NCBI GenBank assembly: GCA_026683435.1
Contig: GCA_026683435.1_4866.1
Direction: 5' to 3' (one strand)
Length of the DNA: 64,000 nucleotides
From: a phage
Shown here: one piece after another, positions 37,143 to 46,781 of the stretch
How the letters are laid out: the number at the start of each line of letters is the position of its first letter
Numbering within the stretch: the stretch's first letter is position 1
Position numbers and translations under genes: made by a program
Notes under the pieces: generated by a model
Databases searched by the model: none
Seen by the model: only the letters and a program-made list of their open reading frames with translations
What the model was told of the DNA's origin: nothing

Positions 37143-37661
37143 TTAACGCTTCAGATAGATAACGTTATGGTTTTCGTACTTCGCGTCTACCCAGGAAAAT
37201 TCCCAGTAATGTCTCGGACGATCGGCGATTTTCATGTCCAGTTCCAGTATACCGTCTAAAGGTACCTGTCTGAGCACCTCTACGATGCTCTGCAGCTCGT
37301 TACGAGGCCGGTCGTGGATTAGCTCCAGATAACGCTCCAAACGCGCAGGCGTCGCTACAGTGCGAATATGAGTACGTTTATCATCGTCGTGCAGGTAAAG
37401 GAAGTTTGGTGTGCGTGGAACGTACCAGTGCCAGGTACCGATATACGGACCGGGCTGATAATCAGACAGTTGTTTGATTGCATTTAATACCGACGAACAA
37501 CGGAAATACCAGATGTCCCATTCATCACGAGGGAACAGTTCCGCGACTTTCACTTTCAATGGGTCGATACTAATATCCCCCGCAGCCAATACTTCCGGGG
37601 CAACGCCCGATTCTAAAACGTTACGTTCCCGTTTGGTATACAGGTTCATGATAATATTCAC
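37143..37661 (-). CDS. hypothetical protein (172 aa)
   Basis: ORF in the co-directional block. Confidence 0.55.
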   Translation of the reverse strand: MNIIMNLYTKRERNVLESGVAPEVLAAGDISIDPLKVKVAELFPRDEWDIWYFRCSSVLNAIKQLSDYQPGPYIGTWHWYVPRTPNFLYLHDDDKRTHIRTVATPARLERYLELIHDRPRNELQSIVEVLRQVPLDGILELDMKIADRPRHYWEFSWVDAKYENHNVIYLKR

Positions 37662-37688
37662 TTAATGCTCCTTAGGATTTAAAATAGC

Positions 37689-38024
37689 TTACTGTTTAGC
37701 CCAGTATTCGGCTAACGTTTGGTCACCTTTACCGATGCGAGCATGAATGCCCATTTTACGCAGCCGGTACAGTTCAAGGGACATGGTGTTTAGTTTGATA
37801 AGATTTACGTCCGTTGGGCTCTTAAGGCAATCGTCTAATACATTAACGAATTTATCCAGCGCCTCTTGCGGAACTTTGCCTTCTGGGTAGTCGTACAGTG
37901 TTATCACTTTAAAGGTGTAACCGTCGATATTCGACAACTGTTTTACAGCTTCACCGATATCACGATTTATCATTGGTGTCCTATTGAGACGCATTGGTCT
38001 GGCAACACGGATTACTCTACCCAT
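37689..38024 (-). CDS. hypothetical protein (111 aa)
   Basis: ORF in the co-directional block. Confidence 0.5.
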   Translation of the reverse strand: MGRVIRVARPMRLNRTPMINRDIGEAVKQLSNIDGYTFKVITLYDYPEGKVPQEALDKFVNVLDDCLKSPTDVNLIKLNTMSLELYRLRKMGIHARIGKGDQTLAEYWAKQ

Positions 38025-38349
38025 TGACCACCCCCAAATCGCTTACAGTGGATGCTGCGGGGACATCCAGGTTATTCATCCATAACGACAGCTTGTTCAT
38101 CTTCGCCGCGGTTTCAGGACTAGGGTTATTGCGCAAGTCACTTAAAGCCATCGCAAACTGGGTTGCCAGGATTTGACTGCCGTAGAAAGCACTGCGGCTT
38201 ACTGGTAACGCTTCGAAGCGTGCATCGAAATTGTTTGCTTGGTTAAGTTCTTTAACAGTGCTCAGAATGGCTTCCTGCATTCGAAGTTCACCGTCGCCTT
38301 CAAGGTCAGTTGCCTGACGCAATACCGCAATGTGATAGACTTTAGACAT
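38017..38349 (-). CDS. hypothetical protein (110 aa)
   Basis: AAGGAG RBS, with terminator plus conserved motif upstream. Confidence 0.6.
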   Translation of the reverse strand: MSKVYHIAVLRQATDLEGDGELRMQEAILSTVKELNQANNFDARFEALPVSRSAFYGSQILATQFAMALSDLRNNPSPETAAKMNKLSLWMNNLDVPAASTVSDLGVVNG

Positions 38350-38411
38350 TTTAAGTGCTCCTTAATACATGACATAAGCTCTGATTGAAACGTAAATTTC
38401 AGAGGTTCACT

Positions 38412-38431
38412 GAGATAATATCTATCTGAAA
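38412..38431 (-). promoter_or_regulatory. conserved upstream motif, copy 2
   Basis: GAGATAATATCTATCTGAAA on the plus strand, directly downstream of the terminator hairpin of the preceding gene. Confidence 0.45.
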
Positions 38432-38471
38432 TAAAATAAAGGTTAGGTGGTACCTCGTAGAGGTACCACCT
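38430..38471 (-). terminator. intrinsic terminator
   Basis: Stem AGGTGGTACCTC/GAGGTACCACCT, then T-rich run on the minus transcript. Confidence 0.55.
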
Positions 38472-38477
38472 AGACAC

Positions 38478-40637
38478 TTACTGATATATTTTGATTTGTG
38501 GGTAACTATAGCTATAGCTATCGCTATCAACATCCTGACCGACAAACAAAATGCCTGTGTTAGAAAACGCCGCGCTGCAATACAATGTTAGCCCGGCGGG
38601 GTTAGAAATCGTATTACCGTAGTAGGCGCTGTAGCGCATGTACTTACCGTCATTCTTCACAAACAGGCTGCCTAACGATCCAACCATTCCGAAGATCAAA
38701 CAAGCACCATCGGGAGAAACACAGACATTGCCGTTCGGATATCGAGTGGATGTTACACTATAATCAATTTCCGTGTAATCCAACTCACGTGTCGCCACCC
38801 AACCATCGGCGCGTTTTTCGAAGATGTTGTATTTGTGGGTTTCAAGGACGGATACCAGTATGACTGAAAAGTTCGAAGATGCTGCCACCTTCAACGTCGA
38901 GGCTTCTGCTAACCCTGGGATGTCTAGCTTAGCGGTTTCAACATAGAGTCCTTCTGAACCTTTAGTTACGATATGAACAGATTTTCCATTGTGCTCTGAA
39001 AAAGCAACGCTGGTGCCATCGGCGGTCATCGCAATACTGTCGTACGAACCACACAGAGCACCAGAATCGTCGAAGTCAAACGTGAGCGTTTCGTAATTTG
39101 AAAACCCATCACTTTTTTGGTAAACAGCTATTTCGCGCGTACCATTCCCAACGAACAGTGTCTCTCCGTCCGGGGTGAGTTTGACCAACTTACCGTTTAC
39201 ACCGGTGGCCGGGAGATTGGTAATTGCTGTTGGCGTCACTTTGCCCCACGGCATGTCGGCACTGTTGTCGTAAACCAGCACTGCGCCCTTCGTTGTTTCC
39301 CCAGTTATCGCGGAAGGAATCCCGACGACGAACAAATCGCCTGACTTGTTTATCGATACCGGACAACGCCCATCGGTTTCCGCATTTTCACCAGTATCAA
39401 AAGTTAGATCCATCAGAATGCTGGCATCGTGTCTATAGCCTGGGAAATCTTTTCTATATATAGAAATTGTAGTTGAACGCTTTGCAAGTGGAGTGGTAAT
39501 CAGTACATTTGCATCGCTACTACAATCCAATTCTGCACCCAACGAATAATTATTTTCCGAAGACACGTTCAACGACTGGAATTCATTCGATGGGTATACG
39601 TTTCGGCTTATCTTTATCCGATAAGGATCGGACCACTGTCCGACGGTGTCCTCACCACGATATCTGACGCGTAGCCAATAACTACTACCGTATTGAAGCA
39701 CGTTATCCGGCAGAGTTATCGTTGTAAGGTTTCGCATATCGAACAATGAAGAGAATGGTAGGTTGCTACTAGGACTAAAATCTAACGTATCGCCATAGTT
39801 ATAATAGAGTTTCCAATCTGTAGCAATATGCGTTTCCGTGCCTGAAGTTTCAAACGTCGATGTTTCTATCGTTAAACCTGACGGTCCGTTCACATCGGTT
39901 GGGGTTGGCGACACTATCGTCGGTTTTTGGATTGTGGTCTCTATTACCGAAAACATGGTTACTGACCAGTCACTATTAACCGTATCTGAGTGAAATTTAG
40001 CACGGGCGTAATACGTCTTGTTTCCTACCAGTGTGCCGGGTGGTAAAGTTAGAAATTTTTTAGCATCCTGAGATTCGAGCAATTGGTAAACCGTAGTGGA
40101 AAAATCTTCATTTTCAGACACTTCCCAACTCGTCGCTCTATGAGGTGTTGTTTGAAACGGCCTTGCAGTGAAGCCATTGAGGATAAAATCCAGATCACTA
40201 GCTGAACTAGAACCGTAGTACGGGGAAATCCATGTAGGCGCGTCCACTACATTAGAGACCACCTCAATTTCATAGGTTTTGGTGATGCCGTTAGCAGAAA
40301 CGGTCAGCGTAATAATTTGTCCTAACTGCCGAGGATCTTCGATAAACAACGTATAGTTTAAACCTCCATAATGCCTGATTATTGCTTCAGGGCACGTTAC
40401 CTGATAAACCGACGGTTCTTCATTACCGGCAATGTAAAAAAACGTTTCCCTGCCTAGAATGCATTTTTTTTCATCTCCGTCGGAAAAGATTACAGTGAAT
40501 GATGACTCTGCAGAAGCATCTGACAACGGTATCTTGTATTCGATTCCATCCTTACTAAATAAAACAACCCCACCCGTTTTATCCCCAGTAAATTCAGGCA
40601 GTTCGTGTAAACGTTTCTTTTTGACTACAGTTGCCAT
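38478..40637 (-). CDS. large hypothetical protein (719 aa)
   Basis: Long ORF. An FN3-like/beta-rich architecture is a guess from Ser/Thr/Gly-rich composition. Confidence 0.65.
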   Translation of the reverse strand: MATVVKKKRLHELPEFTGDKTGGVVLFSKDGIEYKIPLSDASAESSFTVIFSDGDEKKCILGRETFFYIAGNEEPSVYQVTCPEAIIRHYGGLNYTLFIEDPRQLGQIITLTVSANGITKTYEIEVVSNVVDAPTWISPYYGSSSASDLDFILNGFTARPFQTTPHRATSWEVSENEDFSTTVYQLLESQDAKKFLTLPPGTLVGNKTYYARAKFHSDTVNSDWSVTMFSVIETTIQKPTIVSPTPTDVNGPSGLTIETSTFETSGTETHIATDWKLYYNYGDTLDFSPSSNLPFSSLFDMRNLTTITLPDNVLQYGSSYWLRVRYRGEDTVGQWSDPYRIKISRNVYPSNEFQSLNVSSENNYSLGAELDCSSDANVLITTPLAKRSTTISIYRKDFPGYRHDASILMDLTFDTGENAETDGRCPVSINKSGDLFVVGIPSAITGETTKGAVLVYDNSADMPWGKVTPTAITNLPATGVNGKLVKLTPDGETLFVGNGTREIAVYQKSDGFSNYETLTFDFDDSGALCGSYDSIAMTADGTSVAFSEHNGKSVHIVTKGSEGLYVETAKLDIPGLAEASTLKVAASSNFSVILVSVLETHKYNIFEKRADGWVATRELDYTEIDYSVTSTRYPNGNVCVSPDGACLIFGMVGSLGSLFVKNDGKYMRYSAYYGNTISNPAGLTLYCSAAFSNTGILFVGQDVDSDSYSYSYPQIKIYQ

Positions 40638-41188
40638 TATACATCGTCTCCGTAGGTTAACACTGCATCATCACCGATGCATAAAACAGTTTCTTCATCC
40701 AGACTTGCCACAGCTTCTTTTTCATTAAACGCCGTGAATGTAAAGGTAGCCGTCCAAGCCGGTGAATCGTCACTCATCGCTGCAATCAATGGCTCGTTTG
40801 TTGGTGTAATAACCCCTGTCGAGATGTCTTCACGTGACAAGTTTAAACCGCATAACTGGTTTACAACTGTCGCTAAATCAGCATAGGTGTCGCCGGGAGC
40901 TACAGTAACCAGTATCGGTCCTTGCGGGTCGATAATCTTATTAGCGACTAGACGGTCGTAATAGACGGTAACCTTCTTGCCGTTAGGTTTACGTGCTTTC
41001 GCAATGTACGCTTGCGAGGTACGGGCACTTTCAACACCTAAGTCGATTGGCCCTACTCCGCTTATCACAATCTCGTCAGGCGATAATGACAAGCCGTTAT
41101 CGTGATTAATCAACGCCACGACAAGCGCTTTCGACGAGAGTGTTAGGTCTGGCTGATAGCGGTCTGCCATTAACGCCTCCAGAAACAA
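40637..41188 (-). CDS. short member of the fibre-associated paralogue family (183 aa)
   Basis: N-module 'VTVYYDRLVANKII'. Located outside the main array. Confidence 0.65.
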   Translation of the reverse strand: MFLEALMADRYQPDLTLSSKALVVALINHDNGLSLSPDEIVISGVGPIDLGVESARTSQAYIAKARKPNGKKVTVYYDRLVANKIIDPQGPILVTVAPGDTYADLATVVNQLCGLNLSREDISTGVITPTNEPLIAAMSDDSPAWTATFTFTAFNEKEAVASLDEETVLCIGDDAVLTYGDDV

Positions 41189-41224
41189 AAAAATAAGCTA
41201 CCACACATATGATCGTGTGGTAGC
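41184..41224 (-). terminator. intrinsic terminator
   Basis: Stem CTACCACAC/GTGTGGTAG, then T-run on the minus transcript. Confidence 0.5.
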
Positions 41225-41238
41225 CTACTCGTACGCTG

Positions 41239-41634
41239 TTAGTGCAGTGTAGCACTGTGCACAACAGTTAACCCGCGACGTTTGATCTCATCCGCGATGG
41301 ATTGCAATAGCTTATCGTAACCCACCTTTACAAATTCAGGTAAGCCACGGTCAACCATCTCCATCTCGGTGATTTCTTCACGGAAAACTTGACAACAGCC
41401 TTCTAAATAACGTTTAGCTTCTGTCACGTCATCGACATACCGCGCATAACTCAGGGCGATCGCGTAACCTTCTGCAATAAACGCATACTTCATGAAGACT
41501 TCAGGGTCGAGTTCTTCAACTGCCACGTCTAGACGTGAAGCGGTCTGACGTACAGAGTTGCGTAATGATTCAGAAAACAGTGTAGTCGTAACCATATCCT
41601 GATTAGGAACGGTTTTAGGCATAATCAATTTCAC
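41239..41634 (-). CDS. hypothetical protein (131 aa)
   Basis: ORF in the co-directional block. Confidence 0.55.
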   Translation of the reverse strand: MKLIMPKTVPNQDMVTTTLFSESLRNSVRQTASRLDVAVEELDPEVFMKYAFIAEGYAIALSYARYVDDVTEAKRYLEGCCQVFREEITEMEMVDRGLPEFVKVGYDKLLQSIADEIKRRGLTVVHSATLH

Positions 41635-41645
41635 GAGGACTCTCC

Positions 41646-42029
41646 TTACGATAACTCGCCCATGTAAATTACTTCATAACCGAACCACTCACCGATTTCA
41701 ATAAGGTAAGAAACTAGCAAGTGGCGATGACAGAATTTCCCCGGTGGGCAATAGCACATTAGTACGACCTCGCCCTGGCGGAGAATCTCTATCAACTTAT
41801 CAGTGTCTTCATCAAACAACCGACTAAGTTTCTGCAGGTAGCGTTTGGTATACGCAGCTTCTGCGTCGGGGCCTTTGTCAGACTTCTTGTAGTCCATCAG
41901 AAAGTCCCAGTCGGGTGCCAAATATTTCAGCCCCGACTTAACCGTTATATCCAGCTTTGGCAAATTCCGTTTTTCAGCTATCCGCCACTTCGCCAGTTGG
42001 AGCGTCCACAGCTTTACTTGCTTTGGCAT
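41646..42029 (-). CDS. DUF488-like protein (127 aa)
   Basis: 'VVLMCYCPPGKFCHRHL' resembles the DUF488 signature. Overlaps the upstream gene by 56 nt. Confidence 0.45.
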   Translation of the reverse strand: MPKQVKLWTLQLAKWRIAEKRNLPKLDITVKSGLKYLAPDWDFLMDYKKSDKGPDAEAAYTKRYLQKLSRLFDEDTDKLIEILRQGEVVLMCYCPPGKFCHRHLLVSYLIEIGEWFGYEVIYMGELS

Positions 42030-42981
42030 TTTTCGCTATCTCTTTTTCTTTCTCCTGAAGCGCTTTAAAATGTGGCGCATACGCGCACCACTCTTCCGCG
42101 GTAAACGATGTGATACATAACCGGTTAGTATCTTCACTTACCGTAAAGGTCGTGTGGTTTCTTTCCGGGTCCTTAAAGTTAGCAAAAGCCGGTACGCCCA
42201 AACCCATAGCAGAAATAGCACTACCGAGAGCAGAACACCATACCCGTCTGTAAGCATCGTTGATTTTAATCTCCCATCCCACAGACGGTGTAATACCAAG
42301 ACTACGATAATTCTGCGACTTTGCCGACGGATGGGCATAAACGATGAGCACGTTATTCTCACGGTCTATCGCGAATTCGTAGTTGTTGTTGTTACTGACC
42401 TGTACCAACCTACGAATATCTTCCGGCAACTCCTGCCACATTTCCAGTTTCTCTTTATCCCACGCAGGTGTTAGAAGCGGTGGAACGCGACCGGCATGAT
42501 CTTGGAAATACATCAATTCGCTATAGAGGTTCTTTAAGCGAGCGTACTCGTCTAATGTCCAATCTCCCAGCTCTAGACTATTCTCCAACGCATCTAGCTT
42601 ATTCCAACCAACAACTGCATAGGCGTGGTGCTGTTTGCGCGTAATACCACACATCAGTTTAGCGAGACCGTTAACAACATTGCCCTGCTGAACCAGAGGC
42701 GACCAGCCGTTAGCATATCCAGCGGTAACGACAGGCTGGAAGTTCTCTTCCCCGAGCACCGCCCATGTAACATGTTCGGTTTGTGCATGGTGTCTATCCA
42801 TCAACCGTTCAACAATGGCCACGCTACAAAGAATTTCCATGAAGTTCGCGTTACCTCCATTCCACATGGAGAAATATGCAGGACGGACATGTCGCGCTTC
42901 ATTGGCCGGTGCTTTGCACAACAGCTGATACATTATCCAGGTGGAATCCAACCCTGCTGAAAACGAAACAAGCTTTGTCAT
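41974..42981 (-). CDS. PP-loop superfamily ATPase-like protein (QueC/PAPS-reductase-like N-terminus) with unknown C-terminal extension
   Basis: N-terminal 'MTKLVSFSAGLDSTW' is an SGGxDS-like PP-loop motif. Start shares ATGA with the stop of the upstream gene. Confidence 0.5.
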   Translation of the reverse strand: MTKLVSFSAGLDSTWIMYQLLCKAPANEARHVRPAYFSMWNGGNANFMEILCSVAIVERLMDRHHAQTEHVTWAVLGEENFQPVVTAGYANGWSPLVQQGNVVNGLAKLMCGITRKQHHAYAVVGWNKLDALENSLELGDWTLDEYARLKNLYSELMYFQDHAGRVPPLLTPAWDKEKLEMWQELPEDIRRLVQVSNNNNYEFAIDRENNVLIVYAHPSAKSQNYRSLGITPSVGWEIKINDAYRRVWCSALGSAISAMGLGVPAFANFKDPERNHTTFTVSEDTNRLCITSFTAEEWCAYAPHFKALQEKEKEIAKNAKASKAVDAPTGEVADS

Positions 42982-43463
42982 TGTTTCACCGTATGTAGAA
43001 ATTGATAACGTGGGGTTTCTTCTGCCACAACATCGAAAGATGGGATGCAAACAATCTTCCCATATCCATCGAGTTCTATACGTGGAGAAATCGTGATGGT
43101 GCCTGCACGCATCACTTCAATCGCTAACGCTTTGAGTGGGCCGTGTGGTGTGAATTCACCGCGGAGTTGAAAGTAACCATCGACAACGCCATAGCAGACG
43201 TTCGATACATAACCGCAAACGCGTACGAGTTCAATACAACGTATCCGATCAATGGCGGCCTTTACTTCCCCGAACGATTGACACGGTTTAATCACAGGCG
43301 CGTCGAATTCACAGAAAACGTGTCCGCGACGTAATGCTAACGATATCGTTTCGTCGGGACGGGCCGAGTCTTTAAATTCGTCGCACGGTATAGACAGTAT
43401 CAGTCCACTCGCGGATGCCACGGTTTGTGCGGGTATTTCCTTAACCTCGGTTTGTAGTTTCAT
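42978..43463 (-). CDS. hypothetical protein (161 aa)
   Basis: ORF translationally coupled to the PP-loop gene. Confidence 0.55.
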   Translation of the reverse strand: MKLQTEVKEIPAQTVASASGLILSIPCDEFKDSARPDETISLALRRGHVFCEFDAPVIKPCQSFGEVKAAIDRIRCIELVRVCGYVSNVCYGVVDGYFQLRGEFTPHGPLKALAIEVMRAGTITISPRIELDGYGKIVCIPSFDVVAEETPRYQFLHTVKQ

Positions 43464-43553
43464 TTATTCACTCGATAATTAATGGGGTTAAAATCAAATC
43501 CATGTAACCTAGGGTTAATAGCGCCACTATCTCAATCGGCGTGAGGTTTTCCA

Positions 43554-43763
43554 TTATTTTTCCTCTTTCAATATCTCAGCAACCGCTTTGCGACACGCGT
43601 TCACAGCGTCAGGATAAGTGCTATTGTTCGGGTCTACTCGATCAATACACATTCTGAACGTGCTGGTTGCGGTCTCTCGACGTTCTGCAGTGCGGGTACT
43701 GGTACTGACGGCGATATAAATACAGAACAACACAGCAGCTGCGATCGGCCAACGTAGATTCAT
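43554..43763 (-). CDS. small membrane protein (69 aa)
   Basis: Hydrophobic N-terminal helix (WPIAAAVLFCIYIAV). Start overlaps the stop of the upstream gene. Confidence 0.5.
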   Translation of the reverse strand: MNLRWPIAAAVLFCIYIAVSTSTRTAERRETATSTFRMCIDRVDPNNSTYPDAVNACRKAVAEILKEEK

Positions 43764-44461
43764 CAGTAATCCCCTGTTGCCCCTATCGCAGTCGCTACTT
43801 TACCGACGACCTCGTCAACCGGAAGTACCACCTCGTCTTTCTTGCTCACAATCTCTGGTACTTCTTTGACATGTTCAACGGTCACGTCAAACTTCCGAGT
43901 ATAACCAACAAGTAACTTTGCCATATCTGCACGACTAACGAACTGTTGTTCTTCCGACAGATGTAACGACGTATCAAGTAGTCCAGAATGCATGAAGTTT
44001 TCAATGAGTTGGTCTTCTTCCTCTTTGAAGTCGTACCGCTCGTTCGGGGCGGCCACAAATGCATAACCGAAATACTTCCCCTCTTCCTGTTCAGGGCGTA
44101 ACGATTTAACTAACTCCTCAGCGTGTTCACAGAAGTCCGCCAAAGTATAATCGTCAAGTGTGGCAACTGCGGTTTCTGTTACAATTTCACCGGTGTCGAG
44201 TTCAGTGAGGTGCATCACCCAAAGATGCCATGGTCGCGGTTGGTCGAACAGCCCACCGACTAACATATCTGTGGCGATAGCACGAATGCGAGGACTTGCC
44301 GTAAAGTGAAAACCACGGCCCGCGTACGGCCCGAGGCGACGAATCGAACTGCCGATAAACGTGATACGATTCAGAGCGTTTTCAGCGACGGTGTGTGCCG
44401 TACGTTCTGTGGCAACTTTCGGGTTATACTTTTTGTTACGGGGTTTCTTTTGCTTAGCCAT
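43763..44461 (-). CDS. hypothetical protein (about 232 aa)
   Basis: Internal ATG (MAKQKKPRNKK) chosen because the ORF-track start overlaps the upstream gene by 86 nt. Confidence 0.5.
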   Translation of the reverse strand: MAKQKKPRNKKYNPKVATERTAHTVAENALNRITFIGSSIRRLGPYAGRGFHFTASPRIRAIATDMLVGGLFDQPRPWHLWVMHLTELDTGEIVTETAVATLDDYTLADFCEHAEELVKSLRPEQEEGKYFGYAFVAAPNERYDFKEEEDQLIENFMHSGLLDTSLHLSEEQQFVSRADMAKLLVGYTRKFDVTVEHVKEVPEIVSKKDEVVLPVDEVVGKVATAIGATGDY

Positions 44462-44504
44462 GTTCTGATTCTCTTTGTGGGTTACATTAAATGTGGCGGT
44501 GATG

Positions 44505-45062
44505 TTAAAAATAGTCTTTCTTATTTTCGCTACGCGGGAACTCAGCGAAGGGGACGGTTCCGTTTTCATCGAGCTTTGCAACCAGCTCACTGAATTTCAT
44601 GAACGGTACAAAACGGTTATTGCCGGGGAACACCGAACAGATTTTCTCAATGCGCTCAATCGTCCAGTTCCCGTTTTCAGGATCAAGGTCAGGGTTTAAT
44701 GCGAGGTGCTCAATAAAGGTCGACAGCAGCGACGATTCTCTATCTTCGGGAATCACCACTACGCGATGATGACTGTGGGTTGAAACCAAACGATAGTTCG
44801 GCCCCGCTAACTTGACGTCTAAGATTTCACCCCCTGCTCGAATCAACGTACCGGCGTAAGTGATTTCTTCATGACGCAGGTTATCCTTACCCGTGTTCAG
44901 TACGTCCGTTAACATCCGTACGTTTTCCGTTGGGAACCACCAACCGTGTATGGTGAAGTGTTCTTCTGGGTTACTGGGCATGGGTAGGTTTAAGCCAACG
45001 TGGTTCGTGTTGACGTAAATCTGGTCGTCGATAATAACGCCTGAGATATAAACGTTATTCAT
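44505..45062 (-). CDS. hypothetical protein (185 aa)
   Basis: ORF in the co-directional block. Confidence 0.55.
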   Translation of the reverse strand: MNNVYISGVIIDDQIYVNTNHVGLNLPMPSNPEEHFTIHGWWFPTENVRMLTDVLNTGKDNLRHEEITYAGTLIRAGGEILDVKLAGPNYRLVSTHSHHRVVVIPEDRESSLLSTFIEHLALNPDLDPENGNWTIERIEKICSVFPGNNRFVPFMKFSELVAKLDENGTVPFAEFPRSENKKDYF

Positions 45063-45583
45063 TTACGCAAATCCTCTCTGTAAACCACGTCGCATTTACG
45101 ACTGGTCATGGGGTCAATGTACGATACCAACTGAACGATGTTCTTCGGCTCCATCCCGCAAGCCCAACCACAGATTGCTAAATCCCCTCCGCTACCAAAC
45201 CCAATAGGTGCACGCAAGTCCAGCTCATCAACCATCAGTATTTTGTTGGGTTCTGGCATGTTGGTGTTCGGGTCTTCCAACGACATCATGGAGTTATGCA
45301 ATTTAAAGGATTTGGTGCGGGTCATTATCAGCAACGTATCGAATGCAATGAACTGGTTGATAAATGCTTCCGCTGCTTCGCGTGCTTTACGCTTGCCAAA
45401 TACGAAAGCGTAGACCGCCTTGTCGAGTTTTACACGTTGTTCGGTAGTTGGGTGGCTGGAACCAAAGAAATACGCTATACGGCCTTTTAAGACCTGTATT
45501 TTCGTATCATCAACAACCATTCCATTCAGCAACACTGCGCGGTCACCAACGAGGTAGTCTTGAGTGAATAATACCGTGGTCAC
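45059..45583 (-). CDS. hypothetical protein (174 aa)
   Basis: AAGGAGG RBS with a GTG start. Confidence 0.55.
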   Translation of the reverse strand: MTTVLFTQDYLVGDRAVLLNGMVVDDTKIQVLKGRIAYFFGSSHPTTEQRVKLDKAVYAFVFGKRKAREAAEAFINQFIAFDTLLIMTRTKSFKLHNSMMSLEDPNTNMPEPNKILMVDELDLRAPIGFGSGGDLAICGWACGMEPKNIVQLVSYIDPMTSRKCDVVYREDLRK

Positions 45584-45592
45584 GCGACCTCC

Positions 45593-45634
45593 TTAAAAAA
45601 GAAAAAAGACGTCCTACTCCCGAAGGAGTAGGAC
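45593..45634 (-). terminator. intrinsic terminator
   Basis: Stem GTCCTACTCC/GGAGTAGGAC with UUCG loop, then T-run. Confidence 0.55.
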
Positions 45635-45640
45635 ACCGAA

Positions 45641-45985
45641 TTAGAAGTGCTTACGGAAGATAGACTCGTTGCAGGTCTCCCCACGCGTCTTACCACGAGA
45701 CACGGTGGTTTTGTTTGCAGCAGTTTTACCATCACCCACAGCGGTCTTCGCCAGCGGCAGACGTTCGCTTGCACCACGGAATGCGTAGTAGCGAATGTTT
45801 TCTGGGGCAGCGACATCGCCTTCGAACTGGAAGGTGATACCTTTACGCAGTGACTTGTAGGTGTAGCCTTTCAAGTCCAGCGTCTGCGGCAGTGCATTTT
45901 CATCGGCACCATGTTGGTAGTGGATAACCGTACCTACACGTTTGATGACGATATACATCTGCGCTGCTTTTGGTGCTTTGGCCAT
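45641..45985 (-). CDS. hypothetical protein (114 aa), possibly abundant
   Basis: AAGGAG RBS, conserved motif upstream and strong terminator downstream. Confidence 0.6.
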   Translation of the reverse strand: MAKAPKAAQMYIVIKRVGTVIHYQHGADENALPQTLDLKGYTYKSLRKGITFQFEGDVAAPENIRYYAFRGASERLPLAKTAVGDGKTAANKTTVSRGKTRGETCNESIFRKHF

Positions 45986-46036
45986 TCTCGATACTCCTTA
46001 TAGATTAAAATGTGAGGGAGAAAACAATCTTCTCCC

Positions 46037-46057
46037 CTAGATAACATCTATCTGAAA
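46037..46057 (-). promoter_or_regulatory. conserved upstream motif, copy 3
   Basis: CTAGATAACATCTATCTGAAA on the plus strand; contains inverted repeat AGATA-N5-TATCT. Confidence 0.45.
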
Positions 46058-46066
46058 AGTAATGCG

Positions 46067-46393
46067 TTAGAGGCGGATTTGCAGCTGGATAGGATCGCTG
46101 TTTTCTCTGTGGGTATCAGGCCAGCAGAAAATACGATGATGTACGCGACTTATCTCAACCACTAACCCGATAGCGGGTACAAACAGGAACACGTTCAGCG
46201 GCATGGTGAAGTCAATCTTACTTTCAAGATTGGTGAAGTGGACTTCTTTGTTATCCACCCCAATCACCTGTGCGTACACCTGCCGTGCTTCCGGCGGACA
46301 CCCTAACGACTTCTGAAACGCAGACTGCATCCGAATGAGTAGCTCACTCGGCGACAGTTCATCGCGGACATCAATGAGGGATGGGCTCGACAT
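46067..46393 (-). CDS. hypothetical protein (108 aa)
   Basis: ORF in the co-directional block. Confidence 0.5.
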   Translation of the reverse strand: MSSPSLIDVRDELSPSELLIRMQSAFQKSLGCPPEARQVYAQVIGVDNKEVHFTNLESKIDFTMPLNVFLFVPAIGLVVEISRVHHRIFCWPDTHRENSDPIQLQIRL

Positions 46394-46685
46394 GGTGGTT
46401 GGTATCCAGTACGAAGGAGTTCTCGCCGGTCTTTTTCGCCAGCGCCCACATCCACTTGTCGGTGGACTTGTCGTGCCACGATGCTAACCACACGCCATCG
46501 ACAATGCCTGCGGTGTCAACTTCCGGGTGGAACAGCATGTATTCGTTTTCTTCCGCATCGAGGACAACGAACTGCCCTTCCTCCATACGGTCGAAGTTAG
46601 CGACACCAACGGTAATCGGTTCCGCATCGACAGAAAGGGTCACTTCACGTTTTGGCAGGTCACGATGAATAGCACTTAACCACAT
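46371..46685 (-). CDS. hypothetical protein (104 aa)
   Basis: ORF in the co-directional block. Confidence 0.5.
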   Translation of the reverse strand: MWLSAIHRDLPKREVTLSVDAEPITVGVANFDRMEEGQFVVLDAEENEYMLFHPEVDTAGIVDGVWLASWHDKSTDKWMWALAKKTGENSFVLDTNHHVEPIPH

Positions 46686-46781
46686 TCTCTTAATTCCTCT
46701 TTACGTGGGTTGTTTCACATAAGTTAGTGGACTGATGTAAATAAAAAGGGACCCCCTCACCCGTGGGCAAGGAGGCAAACC

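Noticed and set aside
41974-42981. A complete 7-deazaguanine (queuosine-like) DNA modification pathway
   Set aside because: Only a single PP-loop, QueC-like motif is present. No QueD, QueE, FolE or transglycosylase-like genes are recognisable in this window.
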